Positions 1 to 26,465 of a stretch of DNA of 64,000 nucleotides are shown in pieces. The stretch comes from the human T2T-CHM13v2.0 reference genome, Homo sapiens, in assembly GCF_009914755.1 (NCBI RefSeq), contig NC_060930.1. One strand, written 5' to 3'. Under the pieces are notes generated by a model that did no database searches, had not been told where the DNA came from, and saw only the letters and a program-made list of their open reading frames with translations. Position numbers and translations under genes: made by a program. Within the stretch, counting starts at the first letter, position 1. Every line of letters begins with the position of its first letter.

Positions 1-39
1 TAGGCCAAAAGATATGGTCTCTTCACTCAAGAACTTGTA

Positions 40-600
40 GGAGAATAGTTATTATAAAACAATTTTGAAGGCCATTATTGCTAAAAAAAATTCATATTAG
101 TGCTGTTTATAAGGTTAAAAAATAGAAACAACCTAATTATCCAATTATAAGGTTTTATAAAAGTAGAGTGACTAATTCATCCTAGTTTGTACAGGACTTT
201 CCAATAAAAGTTCTCTATCCCAAGAACCCTCTCCAACTGAGGCAAGTGGGAATGGTTGGTCACCCTATAGCAATGCAGTAGACTAACAAGCAATTTCATT
301 TAAAAATATGCTAACAAAGATTTTTTTTGAGGATATAGGAAAATGTTTATGATATAATGTTAAGCAACAACAAAAAAAGCAAAATTCAAAAGGCTATAAC
401 CAGTATAATCTTAATCATGCAAATTACCAAAAAAAAAGTTTTTATAGAAAAATAACTGGTACAAAGTATGCTAAAAGGCTAACTGCAGTTGCCTCTATAT
501 AGTGGGATTTTAGAAAATTTTCTTTGATGCTTCTTTACACTTAAATAATGTACTTCCCAAATTTTCTCTCAGTGAATATGCATTGCTTAATCGGGAAAAA
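40..600 (+). mobile_element. Ancient L1M 3' fragment
   Basis: A-rich, with L1ME-like motifs (AAAATAGAAACAACCTAA, ATGATATAATGTTAAG). Confidence 0.5.
164..267. mobile_element. MER81-like hAT-Blackjack MITE
   Basis: Terminal inverted repeats TAGAGTGACTAA ... TTGGTCACCCTA, ~104 bp long. Confidence 0.65.
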
Positions 601-714
601 AATTAAAGGAAAAAACAAATAATACATTTCTGGATGGAAATTAGCCTCTTAGGCTGGGCACAGTGGCTCACGCCTGTAATCCCAGAACATTGGGAGGCTG
701 AGGCAGGCAGATCA

Positions 715-978
<264 letters not shown>

Positions 979-1379
979 CTACTACAATTACTCTCATTGA
1001 ATAATTAAAATAACAGTCTTAATAAGTATTTACTATGTGCTGAACAATAGAACTTATTTTATCATTATTCCTTACTATAAAACCACTCTGCAATGAAGGT
1101 ATTGCTGTGATCACCATCTTTCAGACGAAGAAACTAAGGCTCTCAGAGGTGACTAACTTGCCAGCTGGATAATGGACAAGCTAGGACTCCAGCCCCTCTC
1201 TGAACCACAATAGTACTCAGGAACCTTATCCATTTGATCAATGTCTGCAGCAGCACGTTCTAGTGTACCCCACTATTTCCCCAAGTGTTTCCTATGAGAC
1301 TCCCTCAAGCTGCTGATGTACACAAATAAAAGGAAGTCTGAGTTGAAGTGGTTCATAGAAAAGTTCAGAAAAGAGGTCA

Positions 1380-1796
<417 letters not shown>

Positions 1797-1907
1797 TCAC
1801 TCTTGTCACCCAGGCTGGAGTGCAATTGCATAATCTCAGCTCACTACAACTTCCACTTTTAGAGTACAAGCATTTCTCCAGCCTCACCCTCCTGAGTGAG
1901 TGGTTAG

Positions 1908-2114
<207 letters not shown>

Positions 2115-2201
2115 TAATTACAATTAGGCCAAGTGCGGTGGCTCATGACTGTAATCCTAGCACTTGGGGAGGCAGGTGGATCACCTGAGGTCAGGAGTTC
2201 A

Positions 2202-2734
<533 letters not shown>

Positions 2735-3276
2735 TAAAAAGAGGATTTTAATAATTTTTGGCACATAGACTGTGTACTTATTTTATATATTCTTACTGCT
2801 GTAGCTTTTGAAGTCACAGAATGGTAAACATATTCTAGAAATTGATAGTATGATAGGTTTTAGGGAAGAAGAGATTTTAGGTGCTTTTTTGTCAGTAGTT
2901 AGGGTAAGTTAATCTTTTATGTTTTAGCTCCTGTTATTGATAGAGTGGAGACAAAAAAAGTGGGGAATTTTGTAATAAAATCTCCCCGCTGTAAACAATG
3001 ACTTTCCAAGAAATATTAGAGGAAATTGTTTCTTTGTAATAATGATCACAGATAGTGGAACCCCCTTACTAATTTGTGATGTTCCCCATCTGGGTGCATG
3101 TTCTCTAAGACTGAGTTTGTTGTAAATCAATTAGAAATGCCCAGAAACATAAGCATGATTCTCTTTACAGACACGTACATGCATGAAAGAGAACCCTAAT
3201 GGGGCAGTCTCTAGGCTTAAGGAGGACATTGCATTTTCTTTCTTTTATTTTTTTGAGATGGACTCTTGCTCTGTAA

Positions 3277-3456
<180 letters not shown>

Positions 3457-3848
3457 TAAACTCCTGACCTCAGATGCTCTGCCCGCCTCGGCCTCCCAAA
3501 GTACTGGGATTACAGACGTGAGCCACCGTGCCTGACCTGCATTTTCTTAAATAAGAGACAAACTTAGTAACTGAAAAATAGGAAAAATGTCCACTCACAA
3601 ATTTTAGTAATCTTAATTGAATTTGGGGAGAAAAAACAAAGTACTTTTAAAACTGCAGTATGATGACGTATATAAATCACAATAATTCTTTTAATTATTC
3701 CATTAATTTGTGAATAAAAGCAATTTGGTTGAGGATCGCTTGGGCCAGAGAGGTCAAGATTGCAGTGAGCCATGATGGAGCCACTGCACTCCAGCCTGAG
3801 TGACAGAGTGCGACCCTGTCTCAAAAAAAAAAAAGAAAAGTATTTTAA

Positions 3849-4007
<159 letters not shown>

Positions 4008-4177
4008 TAGGACTACAGGTATGCACCACCACGCATGGCTAAGTTTTTGTATTTTTAGTAGAGATGGGGTTTCACCATGTTGACCAGGGTGGTCTCAAAC
4101 TCCTGACCTCGTGATCGGCCCTCCTCAGCTTCCCAAAGTGTTGGGATTACAGGCATGAGCCACCGCACCCGGCAGGG

Positions 4178-5780
<1,603 letters not shown>

Positions 5781-6074
5781 CATGAGGGAGACTGAGGAGT
5801 GGCCAGAGAAGGAAAAGGGAAAAAAGAGAGTGTGTGATGCTCCCAAACCAGAGGAGATTCTTTTAAAAAGGAGGGAGATGGCCAAGTGTGGTGATCCCAG
5901 CACTTTGGGAGGCCGACGCAGGAGGATCACTTGCGCCCAGGAGTTCAAGACCAGCCTGGGAACATAGCCAGACCCCCATTTCTGAGAAAAATAAATAAAT
6001 AAAAATTCAAAAAAAGAAAAGGAGGGATTCCTAGCACTTTTGGGAGGCTGAGGTAGGCATATCACTCGAGGTCA

Positions 6075-6446
<372 letters not shown>

Positions 6447-6510
6447 TCATTTCTGTGACATGGTGGGCATGGGAGCCCAAGTGAAGTGAAGTATGCCAAG
6501 GAGAGAATAG

Positions 6511-6661
<151 letters not shown>

Positions 6662-7034
6662 TAGCTGGGACTACAGGCACCCGCCACGGTGCCCGGCTAA
6701 TTTTTTGTATTTTTCGTAGAGATGGGGTTTCACCGTGTTAGCCAGGATGGTCTTGATCTTCTGACTTCGTGATCCACCCGCCTCGGCCTCCCAAAGTGCT
6801 GGGATTACAGGCGTGAGCCATCACTCCTGGCCAAGTGGAGACTAATTTTATCTGAGGCAGTTGGAGTACAAAGGGCAGTAAAAAGGGAAGAATGTTTTGG
6901 GATGGAGGATGTCTATCTCCTCAATTGTTAGGATGGAGCAGTTAATAAATAGCTTAATATCTATCTGAAAACATTAAAGTTCAGAGTGTCATAACCCCAT
7001 TTCTTCCCAAAGCTATGTGGCAAGACACATTGAA

Positions 7035-7250
7035 CAGGCTTTGGAGCCAGAAAGAGTTAAGTTTGAATCCTAATTCTGCCACTAACTAGTTGTGTGAACT
7101 TAAGCCAGTTGCTTAACCACTGTTCCCATCTGCTCCTAAGTGAAATAAGACAATCCTGCCTACCTCGAAAGCTGTTGAAAGCATAGATGACTGCAAAGTA
7201 CCTATCATGGTGCCTGGCACATAGTAAATCATTAATAAATGGTACTACCA
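7035..7250 (+). mobile_element. MIR SINE (similar relics at ~1030-1200, ~8580-8760, ~48560-48790, ~51190-51340, ~63150-63330)
   Basis: GGCTTTGGAGCCAGA...TTTGAATCC...CTGCCACTAACTAGTTGTGTGA...GTGCCTGGCACATAGTAA. Confidence 0.7.
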
Positions 7251-8291
7251 TTCTTGCAGGCCAGAACTAGCATTTATATATCAAGGGTCTAAATGAAAGT
7301 CCCATGAGACAAATACAGTAAATGTTTAATAACATTTGTAATTTCCTTTGAGCCAAACCACGGGAAGACAATCAAGCCCATATAGCCATGCTGCATAACA
7401 CGCACAGCTCAAGCTACTCCTTAATGTTTCCCTATTTGTAATGCGGCAGAAAATCATGTACCTGCTTGTCTCTCTGAGGCTCAAAGTATAGCCAGAGGGC
7501 TGAGCAGCAGCTGAGCATCTGCCTTCTCCTTGAAATTCAGGGTCAGCAGGAGGACAGACCCACAAGAACACTCACAAGGGGGGACAGTTCTTTGCAAGGC
7601 AGATGTAAGAACAAATCCTAAGCAGGAAAATGTGTGCATGCGTGCAGATGAAAAGGTAGGTATCATGAGCGCTCTCATATGATGTGCGAGCTAAGTTTAT
7701 ATTATTACTACTTTATAATAATTATTCTGATTCTTACTTTTATTCAAGTTAGCTCTTTGTCTAAAACCAGGGAAAGGGGTCAATCAGAGTAGGAGATTAG
7801 AGAGGTGTTTGTAGGATGAAAGAAGGAATTCTAGGCCAGGCGCAGTGGCACTCACCTGTAATCCCAGCACTTTGGGAGGCTGAGGCAGGTGGATCACCTG
7901 AGGTCAGGAGTTCAAGACCAGCCTGGCCAACATGGTGAAACCCCGTCTCTACTAAATATACAAAATTAGACGGGTGTGGTGTCACACGCCTGTAATACCA
8001 GCTACTCAGGAGGCTGAGCAGGAGAATCACGCTTGAACTCGAGAGGCAGAGGTTGCAGTCAGCCGAGATCTAGCCATTGCACTCCAGCCTGGGCAAAAAG
8101 AGCGAAACTCTGCCTCAAAAAAAAAAGCACGGCAGAATTCTAGTTTCTCTATCCTGCACACCACACTGAATGATCTTCTGACTCTGATAGAATTAGAGTA
8201 TTGATGGGCCGGGCACGGTGGCTCACACCTGTAATCCCAGCGCTTTGGGAGGCCAAGGCGGGTGGATCACGAGGTCAGGAGTTTAAGACTA

Positions 8292-8626
<335 letters not shown>

Positions 8627-9496
8627 TCAAATCCTAGCTCCATGTCTTAGTATCTGGGTGACCTCAGGCAAATTTCTTAACTTTTCTGAGCCTTAGTGTC
8701 TTCAACACTAAATAGGCATAATAAAATCTCTATCACAGTTGCGTTATAAAGGATTGAACAGGGGGAGCTTTCAGACCAAGATGAAGACGTGACAGAATCT
8801 ATACCAACCCAAGGGAGCCCTGGAGCAAGCGATGCCTACTAGAGGAATTTTTTCTGGGCACAAACATTCTGCCCAGCCCTTGTAGACCCACCTCCTTGCT
8901 CAGCCATTCATAGGCGGTGACCTGTAAAGCATAACCTCAAGCTGAGGGGGACCCTAGAGGGGACAACTAGAGGCCATCAGCCCCATAGGGAGGTTTTGTT
9001 TTGTTTTGTTTTGTTTTCTTTGGAGATAGGTTCTTGCTCTGTTGCCTAGGCTGGAGTGCAGTAGCAAGATCTCATCTCACTGCAGCCTTGACCTCCCAGG
9101 CTATCCCCATTACAAGAAAAATAACTCAACATTAGGCCCTTTTTGCCACTGGTCAAGGTTAAATTGACAAGGCAACTCTATTAGTTGGCTAGGGCTGCCA
9201 TAACAAGGTACCACAGACTTGGTGGCTTTGTTTTTCTTTTTTGATACAGGGACTGGCTCTGTTGCCCAGGCTGCAGTGCAGTGGCATAAACACAGCTCAC
9301 TGCAGCCTTGACCTCCTGGGCTCAAGTGATCCTCCCAACTCAGCCTCTTGAGTAAATGGTACTATAGACATGCAGCACCACCACCACTGCTGGCTAATTA
9401 AAAAAAAAAAATTTTGTAGGAATGGGATCTTAATATGTTGCCCAGGATGGACTCAAACTCATGGCCCCCGTCAGTCCTCTTGCCTCCACTTTCTAA

Positions 9497-9771
<275 letters not shown>

Positions 9772-9939
9772 TGAACTCCTGACCTCAGGTGATCCACACG
9801 CCTTGGCCTCCCAAAGTGCTGGGATTACAGGTGTGAGCCACCACACCCAGCCGCAAAATTTATTTTTAACAAACATTAGGAAAAAAAAGACATTGGAGCA
9901 TTTCCTAGAATCCCCAGTACTGGATTAATGGTAGCAACT

Positions 9940-10075
9940 GAAGAAGAAGAAGATGGGAGAACAAAAGAAAGGAGAAAGAAAAGGCAGAAAAGGGAGAGAA
10001 GAAGGAGGTGGAGAGAGAAGGAAGAGAAAGGACCAGAAGAAAAGAGAAATGAGAAGGGGTCAGGGAGAGGAGAGC
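9940..10075 (+). repeat. Polypurine (GA-rich) low-complexity tract
   Basis: Almost exclusively A/G on the + strand. Confidence 0.85.
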
Positions 10076-10080
10076 AGTAA

Positions 10081-11724
<1,644 letters not shown>

Positions 11725-12837
11725 GTAACCAGCTTTGTCCCAGGTTTGGGTTCCCAGCCATTTGAAGGTGGCCTGAGGTGGGCTAAGGGAAAGAAGAACC
11801 TTATTAAGAACTTGGCCGGGCAGGGTGGCTCAGGCCTGTAATCCTAGCAATTTGGGAGGCCAAGGCGGGCATATCATCTGCGGTCAGGGGTTCAAGACCA
11901 GCCTAGCCAACATGTCAAAACCCTGTCTCTACTAAAAATACAAAAATTAGCCAGGTGTGGTGGTGCATGCCTGTAATCCCAGCTACTAGGGAGGCTGAGG
12001 CCGGAGAATCACTTGAACCCAGGAGGCGGGGGTTGCAGTGATCTGAGATCATGCCATTGCACTTTGACATAGGTGACAAGAACAAAACTTCGTCTCAAAA
12101 AAAAAAAAAGAGAAATGGCAAAATCCGCATTTGAACCCAGGTCATCTGATTCCCAAAAGGCTGCCCTCATGTAACATCTTAACCATGTGCCAGGTTGCAC
12201 ACCTCTTTACTGAGCTCCAGGGTGTTGCTTGAACTCTCCAGAGCCCACACCCAGCTCATGGCCTCTTGCAGTAAAAAGAACACAAGGTTAAGAGCTAAAA
12301 GGTCTGAGCTCTAGCCTCAATTTTGAGGTCAAGTAGGCAAGTAGCAGTGTCCTTGAGCAGTCCCCTGTAAACCTTACAGCCTTGTTTTTGTCTCTTCTCT
12401 TTTTTTTTTTTTTTTTTTTTGAGATGGAGGAGTTTCACTCTGTCACCCAGGCTGGAGTGCGGTGGCGCCATCTCGGCTGAGTGCAACCTCCACCTCCTGG
12501 GCTTAAGCGATTCTCCTGCCTCACCCTCCTGAGTAGCTCGGATTACAGACGCACACCACCATGTTTGGATAATTTATTTGTATTTTTAGTAGAAATGGGG
12601 TTTCACCATGTTGGTCAGGCTGGTCACAAACTCCTGACCTCAAGTGATCCACCCCCCTTGGCTTCCCAGTGTTCTGGGATTACAGGTGTGAGCCATCGCT
12701 CCCGGCCTGCCCCTTCTCTTTTAACTGAGGAGATGGGTGACTTGTCCTGTAAGACTCCTCCCAGCTATGCAGTCCTGAAAGTTATCCATTAGCAAGGGTG
12801 AATAATCACCAAATAATTGCAGGATAGGTTAGGGTAG

Positions 12838-13227
<390 letters not shown>

Positions 13228-13321
13228 TGATTATTATGAATAAGACCTTCTCCATGTAGTAGGCCAACCTGGCTATCTCTCCTTAGCTGAAGCCAGATCT
13301 CTTTCCCCTGAGAGAACATAA

Positions 13322-13431
13322 CTTTTTTTTTTTTTTTTTTTTCTGATACGGAGTCTCGTTCTGTCGCCCAGGCTGGAGCGCAGTGGCGCCATCCCGGCTC
13401 ACTGCAAGCTCTGCCTCCCGGGTTCACGCCA
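13322..13431 (-). mobile_element. 5'-truncated AluY-like insertion with a perfect 17-bp TSD
   Basis: TCCCCTGAGAGAACATA at 13304-13320 and 13432-13448. Confidence 0.9.
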
Positions 13432-14306
13432 TCCCCTGAGAGAACATATTTATTTCCCCTCGTATAAGGGAAAGTCCTCACATGCTCAAATCAGAAATCC
13501 TTCCAGTTTAGATGTGCTTTGGATCTGCAGAGGCTTTTATTCCCTCTTTCATGAAATGAATCATAATTAATAATAGCCAGAGGATGAGGAATTACAGTCA
13601 TGCCTTCGGATGTGTCTTCAGCCTAGCGAATGATGACAGCAATGACGAAGCATTTCATCAGCTTGAACACATCCTTCACCCCAGAATTTCCACCTGGTAC
13701 CCCCACAGAAGAGCCCTCACAATGTGGTTGGAAGAGCAGAGGAAATGAGGCCCAGTTAGTCAACTGCCTCGTGCAACTCCTACTAAACCAGTGATTCAGC
13801 TCTTGGCCCACAAAAACCAACTTTTTTATTCCTAAGAGAAAAAAGAGAAAGAATTCAAAGTTAGTACTGATTTAGGAAAATGAATCAAATTCCCTCTGAG
13901 CAAATGAAAGTCAGCAGAATTGCTAAAAGTCCACTAATTTTCCACTAAGTTATTTCACTTTCTGGAAGTTTATCCACTCAGATAATCAACAAAAGCCACA
14001 TCTATAGAGAGGTGGGTAAAGAAGGTAGGCCAGCTTCTGGAACTGTCTGGATTACTCCTAAACATGAGGGGAAATATTTCACACTCACAGAACTGCAGGA
14101 AAATAAAACACATGAGAAAAAAAAAAAAAAAAAAGGATTAGGTCAGGTGCGGTGGCTCCTGCCTGTATTCCCAGCACTTTGGGAGGCCAAGGCAGTAGGA
14201 TTGCTTGAGGCCAGGAGTTCAAGACCAGCCTGGGCAAAATAGTAAGACCCCATCTCTATGAAATACACAAAAATTAATGGGGCATGGTGGTGCATGCCTT
14301 TAGTTC

Positions 14307-15253
<947 letters not shown>

Positions 15254-16658
15254 CTACAGAACAAGACCCAGTCTCAAAAAAAAAAAAAAAAAGAGAAAAG
15301 AAAAAAAAGAGGACTGAGTCAGCCTTTTCACTTATTATCCCTCTGGCCCTCATTCCTCCTTTTGGTTTGAGAACTAAGGTTTTTGTCATCACAAGTGCAA
15401 ATGAGTCTTATTCATTCAAGGGAGTCAGGCTTAGCCTGACCCCTTTACTAACTGTGAGCAGTGGATTGTTAAACCTAATAAGCATATGCACATTTGTTCT
15501 AAGAACAAATAGCTTTGGGGTAAGATGCAAGATGACCTGCCTTGGAAATAAAATATTAAGTACTTAACATTTTACCATAAACAGTTGCCTAATGTCTAAT
15601 CGAGTGGGATTTGATGTCTTATTATTTGATCCAGCTTCAGCTATTTTCTATGACTGAATTCAGGATCCCCTCCACCACCATCATCAGTACCTTCCATTAC
15701 CCATCCAGCTCTCAACAGATCTTCTTTTAGCCTTTAAATGACTCTGAGCCCACACACAGAAAAAAAAGAAGTTGTTTTAGGTTCAAGAAACTGCCCTTTC
15801 CTCTTTTTAATTACAGTATATCCAAATGGTAAGTGCTTTTATTTGCATTTGAAGGAAAAATTCAAAGAGTTGGGGTTGGAATGAGGAAGTTCTTAAACAT
15901 CTTTCCTAAATATCCTGACAATGAAAACCCATAGAAAGGGAAAGACTCCAAGACTAGCAAGGGTAATGATAAACAAAACAAAATAAACTATCCAAAAGAG
16001 AGAAAATCCCTGATCTCTCTTTTCTCTTTCTTCCCCTTTGGCTTCTTTAGTGGGTTATCTCCTTTTTGCCCACAGGCAGAGCATCCAGATTTCTTTCAGA
16101 ATAACAATGGCTGTTATCTAATTCCTAAACTATTCCTTTCATCTTAAACCTTCCCGAGGCAAATCCTCCATCTCCCTCCTAGCCTCACCCTCAAGCACTT
16201 TATTTTAGCCATGATATATATGTATGTGTATATATATATATAGTTGCCCAAGCTGGAGTGCAATGGCGTGATCCCGGCTCACCGCAACCTCTGCCTCCTG
16301 GGTTCTAGTGATTCTCCTGGTCAGCCTCCCGAGTAGCTGGGATTACAGGCATGCACCACCACACCCAGCTAATTTTTTGTATTTTTAGTGGAGACAGGGT
16401 TTCTCCATGTCGGTCAGGTTGGTCTCGAACTCCCAACGTCAGGTGATCCGCCCACCTCGGCCTCCCAAAGTGCTGGGATTACAGGCGTGAGCCACTATGC
16501 CCGGCTTAGCCATGCTATATTTTTAATTCTCAGAATTGTTTCTACCGATACAATGGAGTATGCTTCTCTGAAATGTTTCTACTGTTGGTGGACATCACAT
16601 CAGTACTTCTTACCTTTCCTTTACCCTTAAGTTGAAAGGGAAGGGTGTGAAACATTAG

Positions 16659-16978
<320 letters not shown>

Positions 16979-17119
16979 TGATCCACCCACCTCGGCCTCT
17001 CAAAGTGCTGGGACTACAGGCCTGAGCCACTGCACCCGCCTGGAAAGAGGAGCTTCTTAACCGAAGGGCTCAGCAATGAAGCCTAGACAGGAGTCTTGGA
17101 TCACTTACTTCCCTCCTTG

Positions 17120-18960
<1,841 letters not shown>

Positions 18961-19520
18961 GGAAACATCTGTGCTTCCTTTAACTCATTTGTAAAATGGA
19001 AACAGTAGTACCTGCTTCATAAGTTTATGGTCAGGATTAATTAAAATAAAAAGCCAGGTACTAGTATGTCCTCAAATAATGTTAATTAGTTATTGTCATA
19101 TGCCGAGCATATGACAAAAAATTGAATACCTGCTCTTTTTTTTTTTTTTTTTTTTTTGAGATGGTGCAATCTCGGCTCACTGCAAACTCCGCCTCCCGGG
19201 TCCCGGTTCAAGCAATTCTCCTGCCTCAGCCTCCCGAGTAGCTGGGATTACAGGCATGCGCCACCACACCCAGCTAATTTCTGTATTTTTAGTAGAGGTG
19301 GGGTTTCACCATGTGGGCCAGGCTGGTCTTCAACTCCTGACCTCAGGTGATCCACCCACCTCGGCCTCCCAAAGTGCTGGGATTACAGGCGTGAGCCACT
19401 GTGCCAGGCTGAATACCTGCTCTTGGCTGAATGTGGTGGCTCACTCCTGTAATCCAAGCAGTTTGGGAGGCCAAGGCTGGCAGATCACTTGAAGTCAGGA
19501 GTTCAAAACCATCCTGGCTA

Positions 19521-19781
<261 letters not shown>

Positions 19782-19904
19782 CTAATTATTCAAGATGGTA
19801 TAGAAGAAAATTTTCAATACAACAGTCCAAATAACAGAGGAGCTCCAAGACCAAACTGAATACTTTCTGTATTTACAGAAGACAGTCATAGATTCTTTTA
19901 CAGT

Positions 19905-20120
19905 GCAGTATCCAACGCAGGCTGAGACTGTTTAACAATATGCTTTCTGAAGAAGTAAAAGAAAGCCGTGATTTGTTGCATTTGCCAGTTTGTGTGGTAT
20001 AAATACTCCCATTGCAGCCAATTTCAAATTACCAATGTGATGTCAACCAGCTCACAACATTTCTGAAAATTTAACAATTGGTTCTTATAAATGATCTGAG
20101 CTATTTTCAGCTCACACTGA
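19905..20120 (-). mobile_element. MER63A-like hAT DNA transposon relic
   Basis: GATTTGTTGCATTTGCC...GTGGTATAAATACTCCCA...CTGAAAATTTAACAATTGG matches the MER63 consensus as I recall it. Confidence 0.65.
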
Positions 20121-20201
20121 ACTTAGAATATACTCAGCAAAAAGAGATAAATGATGACACTTAAGGAAGATGAATCTAGTCTAAGCGTTCAGTTTGAATA
20201 A

Positions 20202-20354
<153 letters not shown>

Positions 20355-20463
20355 TAAAAATACAAAAATTAGCTGGGCGTGGTGGCGCATGCCTGTAATC
20401 CCAGCTACTCAGGAGGCTGAGGCAGGAGAATCACTAGAACCCAGGAGGCAGAAGTTGCAGTGA

Positions 20464-20781
<318 letters not shown>

Positions 20782-21389
20782 TAGCCAGGATGGTCTTGAT
20801 CTCCTGACCTCATGATCCACCCACCTTGGCCTCCCAAAGTGCTGTGATTACAGGTGTGAGCCACCGTGCCCGGCCCTGTATATACTTATTTAACAAATAT
20901 TTACTGAGTATCTGCTGTGTATAAGAGAATGTGCTAGGTACCTGGGATATCCTTGTCTCACCATTTGGTAAACAGATAAAGTACCATCAAGTTTACATGA
21001 AGCTGACAATCCAGCCTGAAGTCCACTGTGGGGATTCACACTGAGTTGAGGTCTTAGAGTACTGATGGTAGAAACTGTCTGAGTAGCTAGAAACTACCTA
21101 AGAGTAAGTGGTGAGTCTGAGTTTTTTAGGTAGGATCTATGGCCGGATCTATGATATAGACATAGAAGAAATGAGAAAGCAAAGATCCGACCAAAGCTTC
21201 TAGTGCAAGAGACGTTATACATTAACCCAGAGATCAGAAAGGGAAGTTTGTACAGAATAGATGCTCAATAAATATTTGCTGAGTGTGGAAGTGTTTGATA
21301 TTTGTAATAGCGTTCATAAAGTGTTCCAGTATATTTAATTTGTATGAATGAACTACATGTAATTAGTGATATAGAAACATAATATTTTA

Positions 21390-22216
<827 letters not shown>

Positions 22217-22337
22217 TACCTGGGCATTGTGTCTCACACCTCTAATCCCAGCATGTTGGCAGGCCTAGGCAGGCAGATCCCTTGAGCCCAGGTGTTTGAG
22301 ACCAGCCTGAGCAACATTGCAAAACCCTATCTCCTCA

Positions 22338-22511
<174 letters not shown>

Positions 22512-22561
22512 TTAAAAGCTAAATTTAAAAAATGAGGAAGAAATCTTTTTTTTCTTTTTGA

Positions 22562-22672
<111 letters not shown>

Positions 22673-23171
22673 TAGCTGGGATTACAGGCATGCGCCACCA
22701 TGCCCGGCTAATTTTGTATTTTTAGTAGAGACGGGGTTTCTCCATGTTGGTCAGGCTGGTCTCGAACTCTAGAACTCAGGTGATCCTCCTGCCTCGGCCT
22801 CTCAAAGTGCTGGGTTTCCAGGTGTGAGCCATTGCACCCGGCCTGGAAATCTTAATAATTAAAAACTATAAAGAAAAATACAGGCTGGACACGGTGGCCT
22901 CTAATGCCGGCACTTTGGATGCTGAGGCAGGAGGAGCACTTAAACTTAAGAGTTTCTGACCAGACTAGACAATGTGGAAAAACACCATCTCTACTAAAAA
23001 TATAAAAATTATCTGCTGGGCTCGGTGGCTCACGCCTGTAATCCCAACACTTTGGGAGGCCAAGGCAGGCAGTTTGAGACCAGTTTGGCCAACATAGTCA
23101 CCCCATCTGTACTAAAAATCCAAAAAAATTAGCCGGGCATGGTGGCAGGCACCTGTAATCCCAGCTACTCA

Positions 23172-23369
<198 letters not shown>

Positions 23370-23472
23370 TTACTAAGCCCAGGGAGGTTGAGGTTGCAGT
23401 GATCCTTGATTGCACCACTGTACTCCATCCTAGGCGAAAGAGTGAGTCCCCGTCTCAAAACAAAAAAAATTA

Positions 23473-23871
<399 letters not shown>

Positions 23872-24269
23872 TCACCTGAGCTCAGGAGTTCAAGACCAGC
23901 CTGGTCAACATGGTGAAACTTTGTCTGTACTAAAAATACAAAAATTAGCTGGACATGGTGGCCTGCGCCTGTAATCCCAGCTACTTGGGAGGCTGAGACA
24001 GGAGAGACACTTGAGTCAGGAGGCGGAGGTTGTTGTGACCCAAGATCTTGCCACTGCACTCCAGCCTAGGTGACAGAGGGAGACTCTGTCTCAAAAAAAA
24101 AAAAAAATTACTTAAGAAACGTACAAATCTTAAGTACAAATTTCAGTTACTCAATAAATTGAAACTTCTTACTATTATCACCACTGTATGGGGCAAAAGT
24201 AGCAGACTAGTCAGTCAGTCATCAGTGGAATGGATCCTACTTGACTTGTAGTACTAACCAGCTATATGA

Positions 24270-24527
<258 letters not shown>

Positions 24528-26360
24528 TGATCCTCCCGCCTCCGCCTCCCAAAGTGCTGGGATTACAGGTGTGAGCCACCATGCCTGGCTAACCTTTGCT
24601 TTCAAACCTGTAAAACAGAAATACAGTGCCACCACCTCTTCTACTCATCTCTCAGAACTGTGATGAGACGCGAATGAATAAGAGATATGGAATCCCCTTT
24701 CAGAAAGTAAAAACACTTACAAAATCAGGGGATTTTTTTCTTCCCCACATTGACAAATATTTGGGTTCTTTGGGAGTTTTTAACATATGGGTTAATTCAG
24801 AGTTACAGATATAGATTTTCATAAATTGGGTTTCTGAATTTCCAAAGTTAAAACTATAACCTCAGACAATGTATCACTTCAAGGTTTCATTTTATCCCAA
24901 GTCATATCATCATGAACACCAATTATTGTCCCTTTGGAGACAGCTGAGATAGGAGAAATTTAAGAATCAGAGCATATGAAACAAAGCTTTTAGAAGATAA
25001 CATCTGCTGGGCAAGATCAGGGATGATATAAGGGAAGAATAAAAATTATGAGTCTTTCTCTAACAGTCCAAGCATGAAAAAATAAAGATAAAAATAAGTA
25101 AAAATTTTAAAAAATGATCAAGTCCAAAACGAATATTCCATAGGTTTTTGGGTTTTTTTTGAGACAGTCTCACTCTGTCGCTCAGGCTGGAGTGCAATGG
25201 CAGGATCTCCGGCTCACGGCAACCTCCACCTCCCGGGTTCAAGCAATTCTCCCAGCCTCAGCCTCCCAAGTAGCAGGGATTATAGGCACCTGCCAGCACG
25301 CCTGGCTAATTTTTGTATTTTTAGTAGAGACAGGGTTTCCCTATGTTGGCCAGGCCGGTCTCGAACGCCTGACCTCAAATGATCCACCCACCTTGGGCCT
25401 CCCAAAGTGCTGGGATTACCGGCATGAGCCACTGTGCCAGGCCCCTCATTAAGTCTTGAGTAGGAATAAACCTATCCCAGCTCTGAGGCATAGACCTTAA
25501 TTGGCATATATAAATCAGTTTAAAGTTACCTACTCCTCTGCCGCAGTAATTGGGTGATGTATGGATAATAATCTAGACCCAAACCAGTTAACTCGTAGTA
25601 TTTGCTTAGAGTAGTTCAGGGATGAGCCAATCACTGTCAAAGTACAAACTGGCCTGGTGCGGTGGCTCAAGCCTGTAATCCCAGCACTTTGCGGGGCCGA
25701 GGGGGCGGATCACCTGAGGTCGGGAATTCGAAACCAGCCTGACCAACATGGAGAAACCTGACTCTACTAAAAATACAAAATTAGCCGGGTGCGGTGGTGC
25801 ATGCCTGTAATCCCGCTACTCAGGAGGCTAAAGCAGGAAAATTGCTTGAACCGGGGAAGCGGAGGTTGCGGTGAGCCGAGATCGCGCCGTTGTACTCCAG
25901 CCTGGGCAACAACAGTGAAACTCCGCCTTGAAAAAAAAAGAAAGAAAGAAAGTACAAACTGTTGGATGATTATGGAGAGCAGTGCTTTCTCCCCTTTCAG
26001 AGTAAGCCCTGGTTGCTGTAGGCGACAATCTTGCAGAGGAAGGAAGCCTGCTGAAGACAGGTGAACCACAGGTGGTGGGGGCTGGATCACAGGTGTGAGC
26101 CACCACACCTGGCCTATTCCATAGTTCTAACCTTCATTCAGTTGGCTAGTCATTCATTTATCAAATATTAAATAGCACATGCTGGCCAGGCGCAGTGGCT
26201 CTCACGCCTGTAATCCCAGCACTTTGGGATGCTGAGGTGGGTGGATCACTTGAGGTCAGGAGTCTGAAACTGGCCTAACCAACATGGTGAAACCCAATCT
26301 CTACTAAAAATACAAAATTAGCTGGGCGTGGTGGCACATTCCTGTAATCCCAGTTACTCA

Positions 26361-26465
<105 letters not shown>

